Source: a virus
Virus record (IMG/VR): IMGVR_UViG_3300005264_000022
Span: 4,791-68,790 of that record
DNA length: 64,000 bases
Reading direction: 5' to 3' (one strand)
The notes under the pieces were generated by a model that was not told where the DNA came from, searched no databases, and worked only from the letters and a program-made list of their open reading frames with translations. Each line of letters starts with the position of its first letter. The first letter of the stretch is position 1. Shown here piece after piece: positions 47,596 to 57,235 of this stretch. The translations under genes were made by a program, and so were the position numbers.

Positions 47596-48723
47596 TTATT
47601 AATGGTAGATGAAGCCAAGTTTTTGTCGCGTAGAGCGATAACTCAAAATTTATTGCCTATTACAACCACTCGTAGTGGGGTATTCCTTATGCTATCATCT
47701 GCGAATGATAAGTGGTGTGAGTTTCAAGATTACTGCTTTAAAAATAGAGAATTGGATATAATTGATACTGAAGAAAAAGGTAGCAGATTAAGAAGGAAAG
47801 GTTCGGATGAAACTAAGAATTTATATTTCTATGGTAGAAGGCATTATCAAAATCATTGGGAATATATGGTAAAATCAGATCCAAAATACATGATGGCAAT
47901 ATCTACACATTTAAATGCAGTAGGAAATAATAGAGAAGACACATCTTTTGCTACACAAAGAGATAACCTATTCTTATCTAAAAAGACATCATCTTTCTTT
48001 GATATAAATGAGCTAGAAGGCATTGGAATATTTCAATATTATAATCCACATACATTTATTAACAACCCTCGTTATGTTATAGTCGGAGGACTTGATATTG
48101 CCGTGAGTGGAGATATTTCGGATTTTACAATCAAAGCTATTGAGAATGGGTATGGAATGGATAGGAAGTCTTATATATTATTTAGAATGGTAATGAACCC
48201 GACTAAGTCAAAACAAGCAGACTCAGTATATAATCAAATGAAATCTGTATTTCAATGGATAAGAGATATGAGAGCAGTTAGATATACTAAATTGCATGAG
48301 AAGAATATATTCCCTATTGTATTTAATAATAAAAATAGATTTGAGATATTAGAACATTACTATAATAGAATACAGTCGGGATTAGAAATTATGCCTAAAA
48401 TTCCCGAAGAGTATAAGGTAGATGAGCAACTTAGAAATATGTATATAAAAAATAAAGACAAGTTTGATGATGAGTCTAACTGGATTAGATTTGTACATGA
48501 ACACGCTAAATTCGGTAGAAATGAAATCAAGGATAATAATGATATGGTTAAGGTAGAATATAGACAAGCTAATGAAAAATATTTACATGACGATGCTATC
48601 TTTTCATCGAGTATTGCCTCATCTTGCCTATTGTACAATCCTAATGTTCATGCTACTGGTCACAAAGCAATCACATCTCAGAGAGGTGTATCAAGATTTA
48701 AAAGAAGTTGGAAGAAGAGGTAA
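47596..48723 (+). CDS. terL: Terminase large subunit, exon 3
   Basis: Walker B LLMVDEA, coupling motif LSSA, nuclease motifs GLDIA..GD and HDD. Confidence 0.88.
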   Translation, partial: LLMVDEAKFLSRRAITQNLLPITTTRSGVFLMLSSANDKWCEFQDYCFKNRELDIIDTEEKGSRLRRKGSDETKNLYFYGRRHYQNHWEYMVKSDPKYMMAISTHLNAVGNNREDTSFATQRDNLFLSKKTSSFFDINELEGIGIFQYYNPHTFINNPRYVIVGGLDIAVSGDISDFTIKAIENGYGMDRKSYILFRMVMNPTKSKQADSVYNQMKSVFQWIRDMRAVRYTKLHEKNIFPIVFNNKNRFEILEHYYNRIQSGLEIMPKIPEEYKVDEQLRNMYIKNKDKFDDESNWIRFVHEHAKFGRNEIKDNNDMVKVEYRQANEKYLHDDAIFSSSIASSCLLYNPNVHATGHKAITSQRGVSRFKRSWKKR

Positions 48724-48736
48724 TGATAAGAAAGTG

Positions 48737-48761
48737 GGTAGCTTAGGCTACCTTTTTTTTT
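48737..48761 (+). terminator. Intrinsic terminator
   Basis: GGTAGC-TTAG-GCTACC plus T9. Confidence 0.85.
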
Positions 48762-48763
48762 AG

Positions 48764-48790
48764 TGACATTACTTTTTGCGTGTCTAATAT
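48764..48790 (+). promoter_or_regulatory. Putative phage-sigma (late) promoter for the head operon
   Basis: TGACA-N13-GTCTAATAT right after a terminator and before the structural operon. Confidence 0.7.
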
Positions 48791-48796
48791 GGTGAG

Positions 48797-49186
48797 GTGA
48801 ATAAGAGAGTGAATATTTATGATGTATTTGATGTAAAAATAAAATATTTTGACCACAAACTTGCAGAATGGAAATTTAGCAATGTGAAAAATGTTTATGA
48901 CTTTGAATACGACAAAGAATTTTGTGACTTAATTATTAAATATATAGCCAATGTAGATATTGGTTCTAATTCTTCTTATATAGTCTCAGAAATAAAAGAG
49001 TTAAAGTTTTCATATGGAATTATGCTTAAAGAACAGTATCGTACTTATAATTTAGAAATCAAAAGTGATACTATGATTTTAACAAGAATGAAAAGGTCTG
49101 CCAAGTGTAAACGTAAATATGGAAAAAGTAATTCTTTTAAATCTAATTCATATAAAAGAAGAGGAGGTGTTAAAGATAGTAATTAA
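48797..49186 (+). CDS. Hypothetical protein
   Basis: ORF track; start uncertain. Confidence 0.5.
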   Translation: MNKRVNIYDVFDVKIKYFDHKLAEWKFSNVKNVYDFEYDKEFCDLIIKYIANVDIGSNSSYIVSEIKELKFSYGIMLKEQYRTYNLEIKSDTMILTRMKRSAKCKRKYGKSNSFKSNSYKRRGGVKDSN

Positions 49187-50588
49187 TGGAGAAAGGTTGA
49201 GAGAAAAACCCATTCACAAACTTATAAAACAAAATAAAGATATGTACAATTCCGACACGAGTAAGAGATATGAAAGGTTTGAAGAAAGATTTGTAGATCC
49301 TAAGTTATCAAAAGAAGAACGTATGCCAATAGATGCTTATTATCCAACACAAGAGTTTCATGACATCATAACTGAATTATCTGCACAAATTCCTGCCGAG
49401 TTTAGCTCTACTGGTAAAGAGTCAGATTTTCTAAGATTATCTTTAATTGAAGGTTCGCACCTTAAAGAAGTATTGCATAAAGTATACACAGAGAATTTAT
49501 TAGGTGTAAATGCTTATGTATTCCTAAGACCTAAGTTGTCTAGTGATACCAATAAGTTTGTAGTATTTGATATGGATATAATTCCTGCGGAGAATGTGTG
49601 GGTAGAATATGATATATTTACAGATGAGATTAAAAAAATAACAACACAAGAAAGAAGAATTACATATATAAATGGCGATGAAGAAATTAAGTATCTTTAC
49701 ACTAGAGTATATACTAAGGAAACAATAGAAACTTTCTTTAGACATACAACTGGTGAGAGGATAGCAGAAATGGTAGACAAGAAAGAGGATAATCCTTTTG
49801 CTACATATAATATGTTGCCGATTGTTGAGTTCAAAGGATATAGTGAAAACGAATATCCACTAGCTAGTAAATTAGTTGAACCACAATTACAATTAGACAA
49901 TCTCAATACAAATGTTGAAAATTTAATCAATATGCACTCAAACCCAGTATATGTAATAGAGAATACTATGAGAGATTGGAGCGATGCTACATTTGGAGCA
50001 GGAGAGGTTGTTGGACTAGAAGGAGAAGAGAAATTCAAACCTACTAGTGCAGATATGCAACTACCGTCTTTAGATAACCATAGAAATTATAAAAGAGATG
50101 AAATGTATAAAACTGGAGGATTAACAACTCCATCACTAAGAGAGAAGATGTTTGGAACAGACTCATCTAAAGTAACTAAAGTAGCATCTGCCGAATTTGT
50201 AGCAACTGCTAGAATAATCACTGCCTTTGCAAAAAGGTCATTAAATAGAATAGCAAAGTTATTATTAGAATTAAATGGGAAGCAAATGACTAACGAATCA
50301 CTTATTCCGCCTATTGAAGTACTACCATACGATTTAGAAACAGTATTTAATATGTCTGCGGTAGGATTGAATTTAGGATTGATAGATGATAATTGGATTT
50401 GGAGTAGATATATGCCAGAGCTATCAGATGAAGAAAAAGATAAAATAAGAGAGTTCTTCGAGTCTAGGCAAGATTTAGATGTTGGGGAAACTAATGTATC
50501 TAATGTAGCAAAACAGAATAAGCCTATGGGAAACAAAGAACAGGCAAATACTAGTAAGGAGGAGCGAGATGGAAAAGTTGCAAAATAA
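49119..50588 (+). CDS. Portal protein
   Basis: Size, position after terL and NPF....LPIVEF motif; start uncertain. Confidence 0.75.
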   Translation: MEKVILLNLIHIKEEEVLKIVINGERLREKPIHKLIKQNKDMYNSDTSKRYERFEERFVDPKLSKEERMPIDAYYPTQEFHDIITELSAQIPAEFSSTGKESDFLRLSLIEGSHLKEVLHKVYTENLLGVNAYVFLRPKLSSDTNKFVVFDMDIIPAENVWVEYDIFTDEIKKITTQERRITYINGDEEIKYLYTRVYTKETIETFFRHTTGERIAEMVDKKEDNPFATYNMLPIVEFKGYSENEYPLASKLVEPQLQLDNLNTNVENLINMHSNPVYVIENTMRDWSDATFGAGEVVGLEGEEKFKPTSADMQLPSLDNHRNYKRDEMYKTGGLTTPSLREKMFGTDSSKVTKVASAEFVATARIITAFAKRSLNRIAKLLLELNGKQMTNESLIPPIEVLPYDLETVFNMSAVGLNLGLIDDNWIWSRYMPELSDEEKDKIREFFESRQDLDVGETNVSNVAKQNKPMGNKEQANTSKEERDGKVAK

Positions 50589-51162
50589 ATTCTACTATCT
50601 TAATGAAGAGACAGAAGATGAGGTAAAAGAAAAAGAAAGATTAGAGTTAGAAAAGAAACAAAAAGAGGAAGACGCAAAAGCTAATGTAGTTACAATGGTG
50701 TCTGAGGAAGTAAAGAAGTCCTTAGATGGTTTAAATATAAAAGAAGAAATTGCAAATGCAATAAGTGAAGCTATGAAGGGTGTGAATCCTAAAGAAGAAA
50801 AAAAAGACGAACCTAGTAAAATTGAAAACTCTATTGAATCAATTCAAAAAAAATTAGAACTACAGGAAGAAAATGCTCTTATAGAGAAAAAGGAATCTGT
50901 AGCAAAAAAATATGGAATTGATATGGAGGATTTAGAAAATTTCAAGGATTTAGCTTCGGTAGAGAAGTTGATCGAAAAAGTTTCTTCTAATACTAAAGAC
51001 AAGGTAATTAAGGATGATGGATATATCAAGAAAGATAATATGGAGAATTTAGCTAAAGCTATGAAAATTCTCACAGACGATGAAGAATATATCAAACTTA
51101 ATGAAAAGAAAAGTAGTGAAACGCTTAATGTATTTAAAAATTTATTCAAAAAGAAAAAATAA
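50569..51162 (+). CDS. Capsid scaffolding protein
   Basis: Charged helical protein between portal and capsid genes. Confidence 0.65.
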   Translation: MEKLQNKFYYLNEETEDEVKEKERLELEKKQKEEDAKANVVTMVSEEVKKSLDGLNIKEEIANAISEAMKGVNPKEEKKDEPSKIENSIESIQKKLELQEENALIEKKESVAKKYGIDMEDLENFKDLASVEKLIEKVSSNTKDKVIKDDGYIKKDNMENLAKAMKILTDDEEYIKLNEKKSSETLNVFKNLFKKKK

Positions 51163-51176
51163 TATAGGAGGTAAAA

Positions 51177-51602
51177 ATGGCAAAGTTAAGTATAATTTCA
51201 GTTTCACATGAAGCTGGTTGGTTTGAAGGTGTTATGGGGCAAGGGATTCCTCTTGTATCTGCCGTGGAATTAAATAGAGGTGAAATGATAACTGCTGGAG
51301 GTGCAAAAGCATCGTCTGCTGATGGTACATTACCACCTATCGGATATGTAGGATTTGCTACTGGTGACTATGCAAAAGTAGATGCAGTACAAACATTTAG
51401 AGCAGTAAGAGATGCTTTTGTTTATATGGATGTAGCTAAAGCACCCGGTACTCCAATCTATTTATCAGATACCGCAGGAGAGTTATCAGACGCATCTGGT
51501 ACAGTTAAATTTATAGTAGGTTACTATGTAGCAGATTCAGAGGCTAATGTATCATCATCTAATATGGCTTGTCTTGAGATAAGACCGTTAGTGAACGCAT
51601 AA
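51177..51602 (+). CDS. Capsid decoration/cement protein
   Basis: PG.PIYLS..AG.LS pattern; precedes the major capsid gene. Confidence 0.65.
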   Translation: MAKLSIISVSHEAGWFEGVMGQGIPLVSAVELNRGEMITAGGAKASSADGTLPPIGYVGFATGDYAKVDAVQTFRAVRDAFVYMDVAKAPGTPIYLSDTAGELSDASGTVKFIVGYYVADSEANVSSSNMACLEIRPLVNA

Positions 51603-51627
51603 TAAAATAAAATTAAAGGAGGAATAA

Positions 51628-52695
51628 ATGGCATTTAAATATAGCTTATCACATAGAGTATTAGAAGATTTAACTAAAGATGCTCCAGTGATGGAACAAC
51701 TAGGAATGGCAACATTTAATGACTTACAGGCGTGGTTTGACGCTTTAGGTTTATTTGAAAGAATAGATGTAATGATGATTGCGATAAACAATCTTGAAAC
51801 ATTAGATCCGTTATTTTCAATGATTACAAGAAGGGGTACAGATGCTACTCATGTAGAAATGTATTCAAGAGCAAGTTTCAAAAAAGGTGCTTGGGACACA
51901 ATGGGAAAAGGTTCTAAACCAGTCTTGCAAGAGTTCACAATCCCTTATGATGACTATGACTGTGCAATTGAAGTTGACAGAAAAATGTTCAAGAAAAATA
52001 AGGAAGTTATTGTAGATATGATTATATCTAACGTATATGACGCTTATAAAAGAATTTTAAGAGGTATAGCATTAGATTCATTAATGACATTACCAACTGC
52101 CGAATCTAAGCACATTCCTTCATTTTGGAGAGATAGTTCAGGATATGCAGTGGCAGAAAGACTAGTTCCGTATGCAAATGGATTAAAAACATTCACAAAT
52201 GCCGAAACTCATTATATGGGAAAATCTGCAATGGATGACCAAATTGTAAAAGAGATTACTAAAAAAGTAAGATCTAAAGGTTACGGAAGAAATGGATTAG
52301 TTGTAGTAGCTAATGAAAACACATGGTCTGATTTTGAAGATCAATTTACATATGATGAAGTTAGAAAGAATGAGTTAGTGGAAGTGTCGGGTGACTTTGC
52401 TCCTAGACTTGGAACAACTACTTATGTAACTCTTCCAGAAACAGACTTTCCAAATGGTTATGTGCTCTGTTTCGACCCTACGGTTTCATTCTTATACCAC
52501 AAAGAGGCAGAACAATCTGATATGCAAGGTCTTATCAGAGAGTTTGACAACTTTGAAGCAATTAGAACAAATAATAGAGCAGAATTTATGATCTATGAAA
52601 CAGGTATGGGAGTAGTTGAAAAAGGTGCAGGTGCGGTAATGTACATCGGTAATGCAACTTATCAAAACCCAAACTTATCAACATTACTAAGCTAA
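51628..52695 (+). CDS. Major capsid protein
   Basis: 355 aa, strong RBS, syntenic position, followed by a terminator. Confidence 0.75.
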   Translation: MAFKYSLSHRVLEDLTKDAPVMEQLGMATFNDLQAWFDALGLFERIDVMMIAINNLETLDPLFSMITRRGTDATHVEMYSRASFKKGAWDTMGKGSKPVLQEFTIPYDDYDCAIEVDRKMFKKNKEVIVDMIISNVYDAYKRILRGIALDSLMTLPTAESKHIPSFWRDSSGYAVAERLVPYANGLKTFTNAETHYMGKSAMDDQIVKEITKKVRSKGYGRNGLVVVANENTWSDFEDQFTYDEVRKNELVEVSGDFAPRLGTTTYVTLPETDFPNGYVLCFDPTVSFLYHKEAEQSDMQGLIREFDNFEAIRTNNRAEFMIYETGMGVVEKGAGAVMYIGNATYQNPNLSTLLS

Positions 52696-52699
52696 CACA

Positions 52700-52732
52700 T
52701 TAGGGAGGGAGTATTTCTCCTTCCCTATTTTT
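52700..52732 (+). terminator. Intrinsic terminator after major capsid gene
   Basis: TAGGGAGGGAG/CTCCTTCCCTA plus T-tract. Confidence 0.8.
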
Positions 52733-52742
52733 AGGAGGATAT

Positions 52743-53462
52743 ATGGCAAAGAAAAAAGATGAATTAATTGAAGATGCTATAAAATTGAAAATAGAATTAG
52801 ATGGCAGTGAAACTATACCCATTTTAGAAGAAAAAATTAAGGTAGCTGAATCAGATGTTTCTAATTTACCTTTTGAAGCTATAGTTGAAAGAATAGAAAT
52901 ACATGAAGATAATATAGCAAAGAAAAAATCTAGGAACGCAACGCTAGAACAATTAAATAGAAATAGAAATTCCGAGATAGAAATTATCAAAAGAAAGACT
53001 ATTTTAAAACAAACTAAAGAAGATAAAGATGGCATTAAAGAAAAAAATAAAATTATAACTGAAAATAATAGACAGATATCTAAAAATTTAGCAGAGATAA
53101 TGGAAATGGAAACTTGTAAAAATGAATTAGAAAGAGAAAAAGGTGTGAGGATTCCCGAAATAATAAACTCATATGCAATAGATTATATCAAAGCAAAGTG
53201 TGCTAAAGATTATATATGTGATGAAATAATTACTAAGGTCACAGAATTAATTACTAAACAAAAGGAATTAGAGCTTATCGAAATGGATAAGAGAAATGAA
53301 TTTAATTCTGCTTTAGCTAAATATAATGTGGGAGACATTTCCGCAGATATGATTGCACTTGAGAATGATTTAGATGTAGATAAAACTAAGCTAAGTCAAA
53401 AGTTAAGAAGTTATGTTAGATCATACTCTAAGAAATTAACTCAGTTCAGAAAGAAAGTATAG
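52743..53462 (+). CDS. Coiled-coil protein with HeH-like N-terminus
   Basis: KKDELIEDAIKLKIEL....TIPIL..KI. Confidence 0.55.
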   Translation: MAKKKDELIEDAIKLKIELDGSETIPILEEKIKVAESDVSNLPFEAIVERIEIHEDNIAKKKSRNATLEQLNRNRNSEIEIIKRKTILKQTKEDKDGIKEKNKIITENNRQISKNLAEIMEMETCKNELEREKGVRIPEIINSYAIDYIKAKCAKDYICDEIITKVTELITKQKELELIEMDKRNEFNSALAKYNVGDISADMIALENDLDVDKTKLSQKLRSYVRSYSKKLTQFRKKV

Positions 53463-53472
53463 GAGGTGCAGA

Positions 53473-53697
53473 TTGGCTAGAACTGTTGAAGAAATACAAT
53501 TAAATATTGAAGAAGTGAAGATAGCAATAGCCTCTCCAATACAAAGTATTAGAATTGATGATATGCAAAGGACTTTTAAAGGCTCTAGTGAGTTGATAGA
53601 GGCACTTAGGATGTTGGAACGTGAATTAGTAGAGCTAGAAACTGGTAGTAAGCCTAGAAAGTTCTATACAGCTAAGAGACGTGGGTATAATGGCTAA
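53473..53697 (+). CDS. gpW-like head-tail joining protein
   Basis: QSIRID...RTF....EL......LE.EL pattern. Confidence 0.65.
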   Translation: MARTVEEIQLNIEEVKIAIASPIQSIRIDDMQRTFKGSSELIEALRMLERELVELETGSKPRKFYTAKRRGYNG

Positions 53698-54133
53698 TGT
53701 TACAGTTAAAATAACGGATGATCAAACTAAACTAAATGAATTATTAGCTATGAATGGAACTAATATTGAAATAGCGGTTGGATTATTTAGCGAATCAGAC
53801 CCCGAAGCTACATTGAAAGGTCAATATAACGAGCAACACACTCCTAGTCCAAGTAAAACTATAGTTCCAAAAAGACCGTTTATAGAACCTACTTATATAG
53901 CTAACGAGAAGTGGTTAATAAGAATGGTGAAATTTGAATTAAAGAAGGGGAAACATCCTCACATATTCTTAACTCACCTTATGGAGCAAATGGTTATGAA
54001 GGTTAAACATAGAATAAATATGGGACACTTTAAAAAGTTAGCTCCATCTACTATCAAAAAGAAAGGTCATAATTTGCCATTGAAGGACACTATGCAAATG
54101 TATAACGCTATTAAGTCTAGGAGGATAAAATGA
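53690..54133 (+). CDS. Neck/tail completion protein
   Basis: VPKRPFI, LAPSTIKKKG...PL.DT.QM..AI. Confidence 0.8.
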   Translation: MANVTVKITDDQTKLNELLAMNGTNIEIAVGLFSESDPEATLKGQYNEQHTPSPSKTIVPKRPFIEPTYIANEKWLIRMVKFELKKGKHPHIFLTHLMEQMVMKVKHRINMGHFKKLAPSTIKKKGHNLPLKDTMQMYNAIKSRRIK

Positions 54134-54477
54134 TGCAATTTAAAATGAAGCCCTTACTAGATAAAACTAAAATAGAATATATAATTACTAGAAGTAGCCA
54201 AACATTGGTTAATGGTATGCCTGTGAATTCGATTGAACCATTTAATACATACTTAACTGTTACTAATGCAAAAAAGGAAGATATGGATAGTATTGGAACT
54301 GGTAATCATTTAGGCAGTTTATTAAAGGTTAGAATACTCATAGAAGAAATTAATCAGATAAAGCTTGGAGATAAATTCGAGTTCGATAATGATACCTATG
54401 AGGTAACTAGAAAAAGACCTTATCAGAATGGGACTGCCGACTTTAGAATATTCTATGCTGGATTGGAGGGGAGTTAA
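54130..54477 (+). CDS. Head closure protein
   Basis: GDKFEFD..TYEV pattern; synteny. Confidence 0.65.
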   Translation: MMQFKMKPLLDKTKIEYIITRSSQTLVNGMPVNSIEPFNTYLTVTNAKKEDMDSIGTGNHLGSLLKVRILIEEINQIKLGDKFEFDNDTYEVTRKRPYQNGTADFRIFYAGLEGS

Positions 54478-55004
54478 TGGTAGATATAAATGTATTGAGT
54501 GCAGATTTCTATAATGAATTGATAAATAAAGTTAGGATCACCGACATTCAAATATTAGCAGAGCATACTATGTATAATATACTTCAAGAAAATCTATCTT
54601 TTCCGAGAATAATTCATGGGGTGACAGGTGTGTTCGATGATGATTATAACTATGCTAGTGATTATGAATACAATGCGGTAGATGATGTATTAGATAGAAC
54701 AATAATAACTGTACCTAAAGTTGCATATAGGTTTTCCATTTTTGCAGATGACTACTCTGCCTCGGAAGTATTCAACACAATAAATAAAATTCATAGATAT
54801 TTTTCTAATGATTATATAAAACATTTAGATGGAAATATAGAGGTTATAAATACTTCTAGCATTATTTCTAGTATAGTGGAAAAAAATGACCAAGCTATTG
54901 TCGGGTGGTATTTCACAATGGACTTTAGAATGGAAGATACAATGATAATACAAACTGATTATGCGACATCCATAGGAGATGTTGATATAAATTTAAAAAA
55001 CTAA
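54477..55004 (+). CDS. Neck/tail terminator protein
   Basis: Position immediately before the sheath gene. Confidence 0.55.
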   Translation: MVDINVLSADFYNELINKVRITDIQILAEHTMYNILQENLSFPRIIHGVTGVFDDDYNYASDYEYNAVDDVLDRTIITVPKVAYRFSIFADDYSASEVFNTINKIHRYFSNDYIKHLDGNIEVINTSSIISSIVEKNDQAIVGWYFTMDFRMEDTMIIQTDYATSIGDVDINLKN

Positions 55005-55015
55005 AGGAGGGTTAA

Positions 55016-56005
55016 ATGGCGGAAATAATCAAGATAAATTTTGAAGATAGGACTACACCTATTACTCAGGCTGGGTTAAATAAGATATTAGTTTTCACAA
55101 AGGAAAAGGCGGTGGCTTATATGGAGGGCGATGAGATTGCAACATTTAGTGGGTTAACTTCATCAGATGAGGCTTATAAGTCTATCTCAGCTATATTATC
55201 ACAAACAAGTCAAACGGTGGCATTATATGGAGACTTAGAAACATTAGATGTAGAGGCTTCACTAACAACAGTTGGTGGAAGAGATTTCTTCTTCATAGTT
55301 CCAGTAGGATTTGATACGGCAGAGTTGACGTCAATCTCAACATGGTGTGCTTCAAATGATAGAATGATGATATGTACACCAGCATATGACACATCAGTAG
55401 CTAATATTATAGCATTAGGAACTGCTATGGCTAGTGAAAACTCTGGGATATTTGCTCATATAGGAACTCCCGAATCTGCACAAGTGTATTTAGCAAGTGG
55501 AATTTGTGGGTTATTAGCTCCAAAAGATCCCGGATCTGCAACATGGGCTTTAAAAACACCTAATACTATAACAGTAAATGAATATGCTCCTGCCGATGAA
55601 ACATTATTATTAGCGGATAATATTAATATATTTACTGAAGAATATGGTAGAGGTATTACACAAGATGGTACTGCAACTAATGGCTCATACTTAGATATAA
55701 CTAGAGCTAAATATTGGTTAAGATATAGATTGCAAGAAGAATTAGCATTATTGTTTATGAATAGAGATAAAGTTCCATTTACAGTAGTAGGGCAAACGCT
55801 AATAAAAAATGCAATCCAAAAGGTGATAAATGTAGCAGACAGAATGGGGATATTGGTAGAAGAAAAAACTGCTGTATTAGTTCCCGACCCCGATGTGTTA
55901 TTAACAAATGATAAAGCTAATAGAGTATGGAATGGAATAGAAATTGAGACTACTGTACAGGGAGCTGTCCATAGTATCAGTTTGAAAATAATCCTTTCAG
56001 TATAA
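55016..56005 (+). CDS. Tail sheath protein (DUF3383-like)
   Basis: PGSATWALK, G.YLDI....WL, KVPFT..G and GAVH motifs. Confidence 0.88.
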   Translation: MAEIIKINFEDRTTPITQAGLNKILVFTKEKAVAYMEGDEIATFSGLTSSDEAYKSISAILSQTSQTVALYGDLETLDVEASLTTVGGRDFFFIVPVGFDTAELTSISTWCASNDRMMICTPAYDTSVANIIALGTAMASENSGIFAHIGTPESAQVYLASGICGLLAPKDPGSATWALKTPNTITVNEYAPADETLLLADNINIFTEEYGRGITQDGTATNGSYLDITRAKYWLRYRLQEELALLFMNRDKVPFTVVGQTLIKNAIQKVINVADRMGILVEEKTAVLVPDPDVLLTNDKANRVWNGIEIETTVQGAVHSISLKIILSV

Positions 56006-56038
56006 ATAGAACGTAAATTGACGGAGGTGTTTAGATAA

Positions 56039-56434
56039 ATGGCAAAACAATATAATCCAAAAGATGTACTTTGTCTAGTAGATGGTGAGATAATTGAAGG
56101 ATATGGTACTGATACATTTATAGAGTGTAGTATGGCAGAGGACAAGAATACATTGACTATTAGTAATGATAGCGAAGGTACTTTTAATAAAAATCCAAAT
56201 CATAGTGGAACTATAAAATTAACTTTAATGCATAACTCTGATTCAGTAGAGATATTAAATTTATTAACTTTAGTAAATGTTCCTTATGCCATCTCAATAT
56301 ATGATAAAAATATGATATCGGGAAAAGCTTTGGCATATGGGTGTATGTTAAAGAAAAAGCCAGACTTAGTTAGAGCTAAAGAGGTTGGGACAATAGAGTT
56401 TGAATATATATGTGAAAAATTAGTGCTATATTAA
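56039..56434 (+). CDS. Tail tube protein (DUF3277-like)
   Basis: YNPKDV...VDG..I.GY..DTFI, SGTIKLTL...S.S. Confidence 0.85.
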   Translation: MAKQYNPKDVLCLVDGEIIEGYGTDTFIECSMAEDKNTLTISNDSEGTFNKNPNHSGTIKLTLMHNSDSVEILNLLTLVNVPYAISIYDKNMISGKALAYGCMLKKKPDLVRAKEVGTIEFEYICEKLVLY

Positions 56435-56449
56435 AATGATGGAGGATAT

Positions 56450-56986
56450 GTGAATATGGGAATGGTAGAGAAATTAAAATTAAAAGAAGGTAAATACTTA
56501 GACATTACGGTTGGTAAGAGCGAACTAGCCATGAAAGTCCCCACTACAAGAGAAATAATTAGAATGGAATCAAGCAACACTACTATTGATGGCAATGTTG
56601 ATGTAGCAAAATATATAGAAGGTATATGCAAATTCATAGTTCCAAAAAGGGAAATAAATGATTTATGTGAAGTCCCATCTGAAGTGGAGTTGAATTTAGG
56701 TGAAAAGGTTATAACTCTAAAAGGTATAACTGCTAAAAAGGCTTTGAAAATTATATCAGACTCGGCTAAGATTGAAAAAGATCCAAAAGATCCAACTAGT
56801 ATAATTCTAAGACCTAATACAGAGGGAATGTTAGATGCAATATTAGACTTAGCAGAGGAAAAGGTTGATATAGATGACCTTAAATATAAAGAAGTTATGC
56901 AAATACCTAATCTATTTCAAGAGAAGATTGAGGTGGGTACATTAATAGATGTGTACAATTTCTTTCAAGAGAATTTCCAAGCCTAA
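56450..56986 (+). CDS. Tail assembly chaperone
   Basis: Lies between tube and tape measure genes. Confidence 0.65.
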   Translation: MNMGMVEKLKLKEGKYLDITVGKSELAMKVPTTREIIRMESSNTTIDGNVDVAKYIEGICKFIVPKREINDLCEVPSEVELNLGEKVITLKGITAKKALKIISDSAKIEKDPKDPTSIILRPNTEGMLDAILDLAEEKVDIDDLKYKEVMQIPNLFQEKIEVGTLIDVYNFFQENFQA

Positions 56987-57191
56987 GTATACCTTAAAAA
57001 ATGGATATGATCAAGAAATTATTGATATAGATAGATACAAGATAAATTTAGAGAAATCTCCCGAAGAAATGATTATATATAAAGTAGGGGAGGCATTTGG
57101 ATTAGATAAAGCTAACGATATGACCCTAGACGAGCTTTACAATGCTTTTGCTTATATATTAATAACAAATGAAAATAAAACAACAGAATAA
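56949..57191 (+). CDS. Tail assembly chaperone, second part
   Basis: Overlapping ORF with A..MTLDEL..A motif before the tape measure gene. Confidence 0.6.
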   Translation: MCTISFKRISKPKYTLKNGYDQEIIDIDRYKINLEKSPEEMIIYKVGEAFGLDKANDMTLDELYNAFAYILITNENKTTE

Positions 57192-57216
57192 GGGGCTGAG
57201 ATGCCCTTATTTTTTT
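57189..57216 (+). terminator. Intrinsic terminator or attenuator before the tape measure gene
   Basis: TAAGGG...CCCTTA plus T7. Confidence 0.65.
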
Positions 57217-57235
57217 AGAAAAAAGGTGGTGAGAT

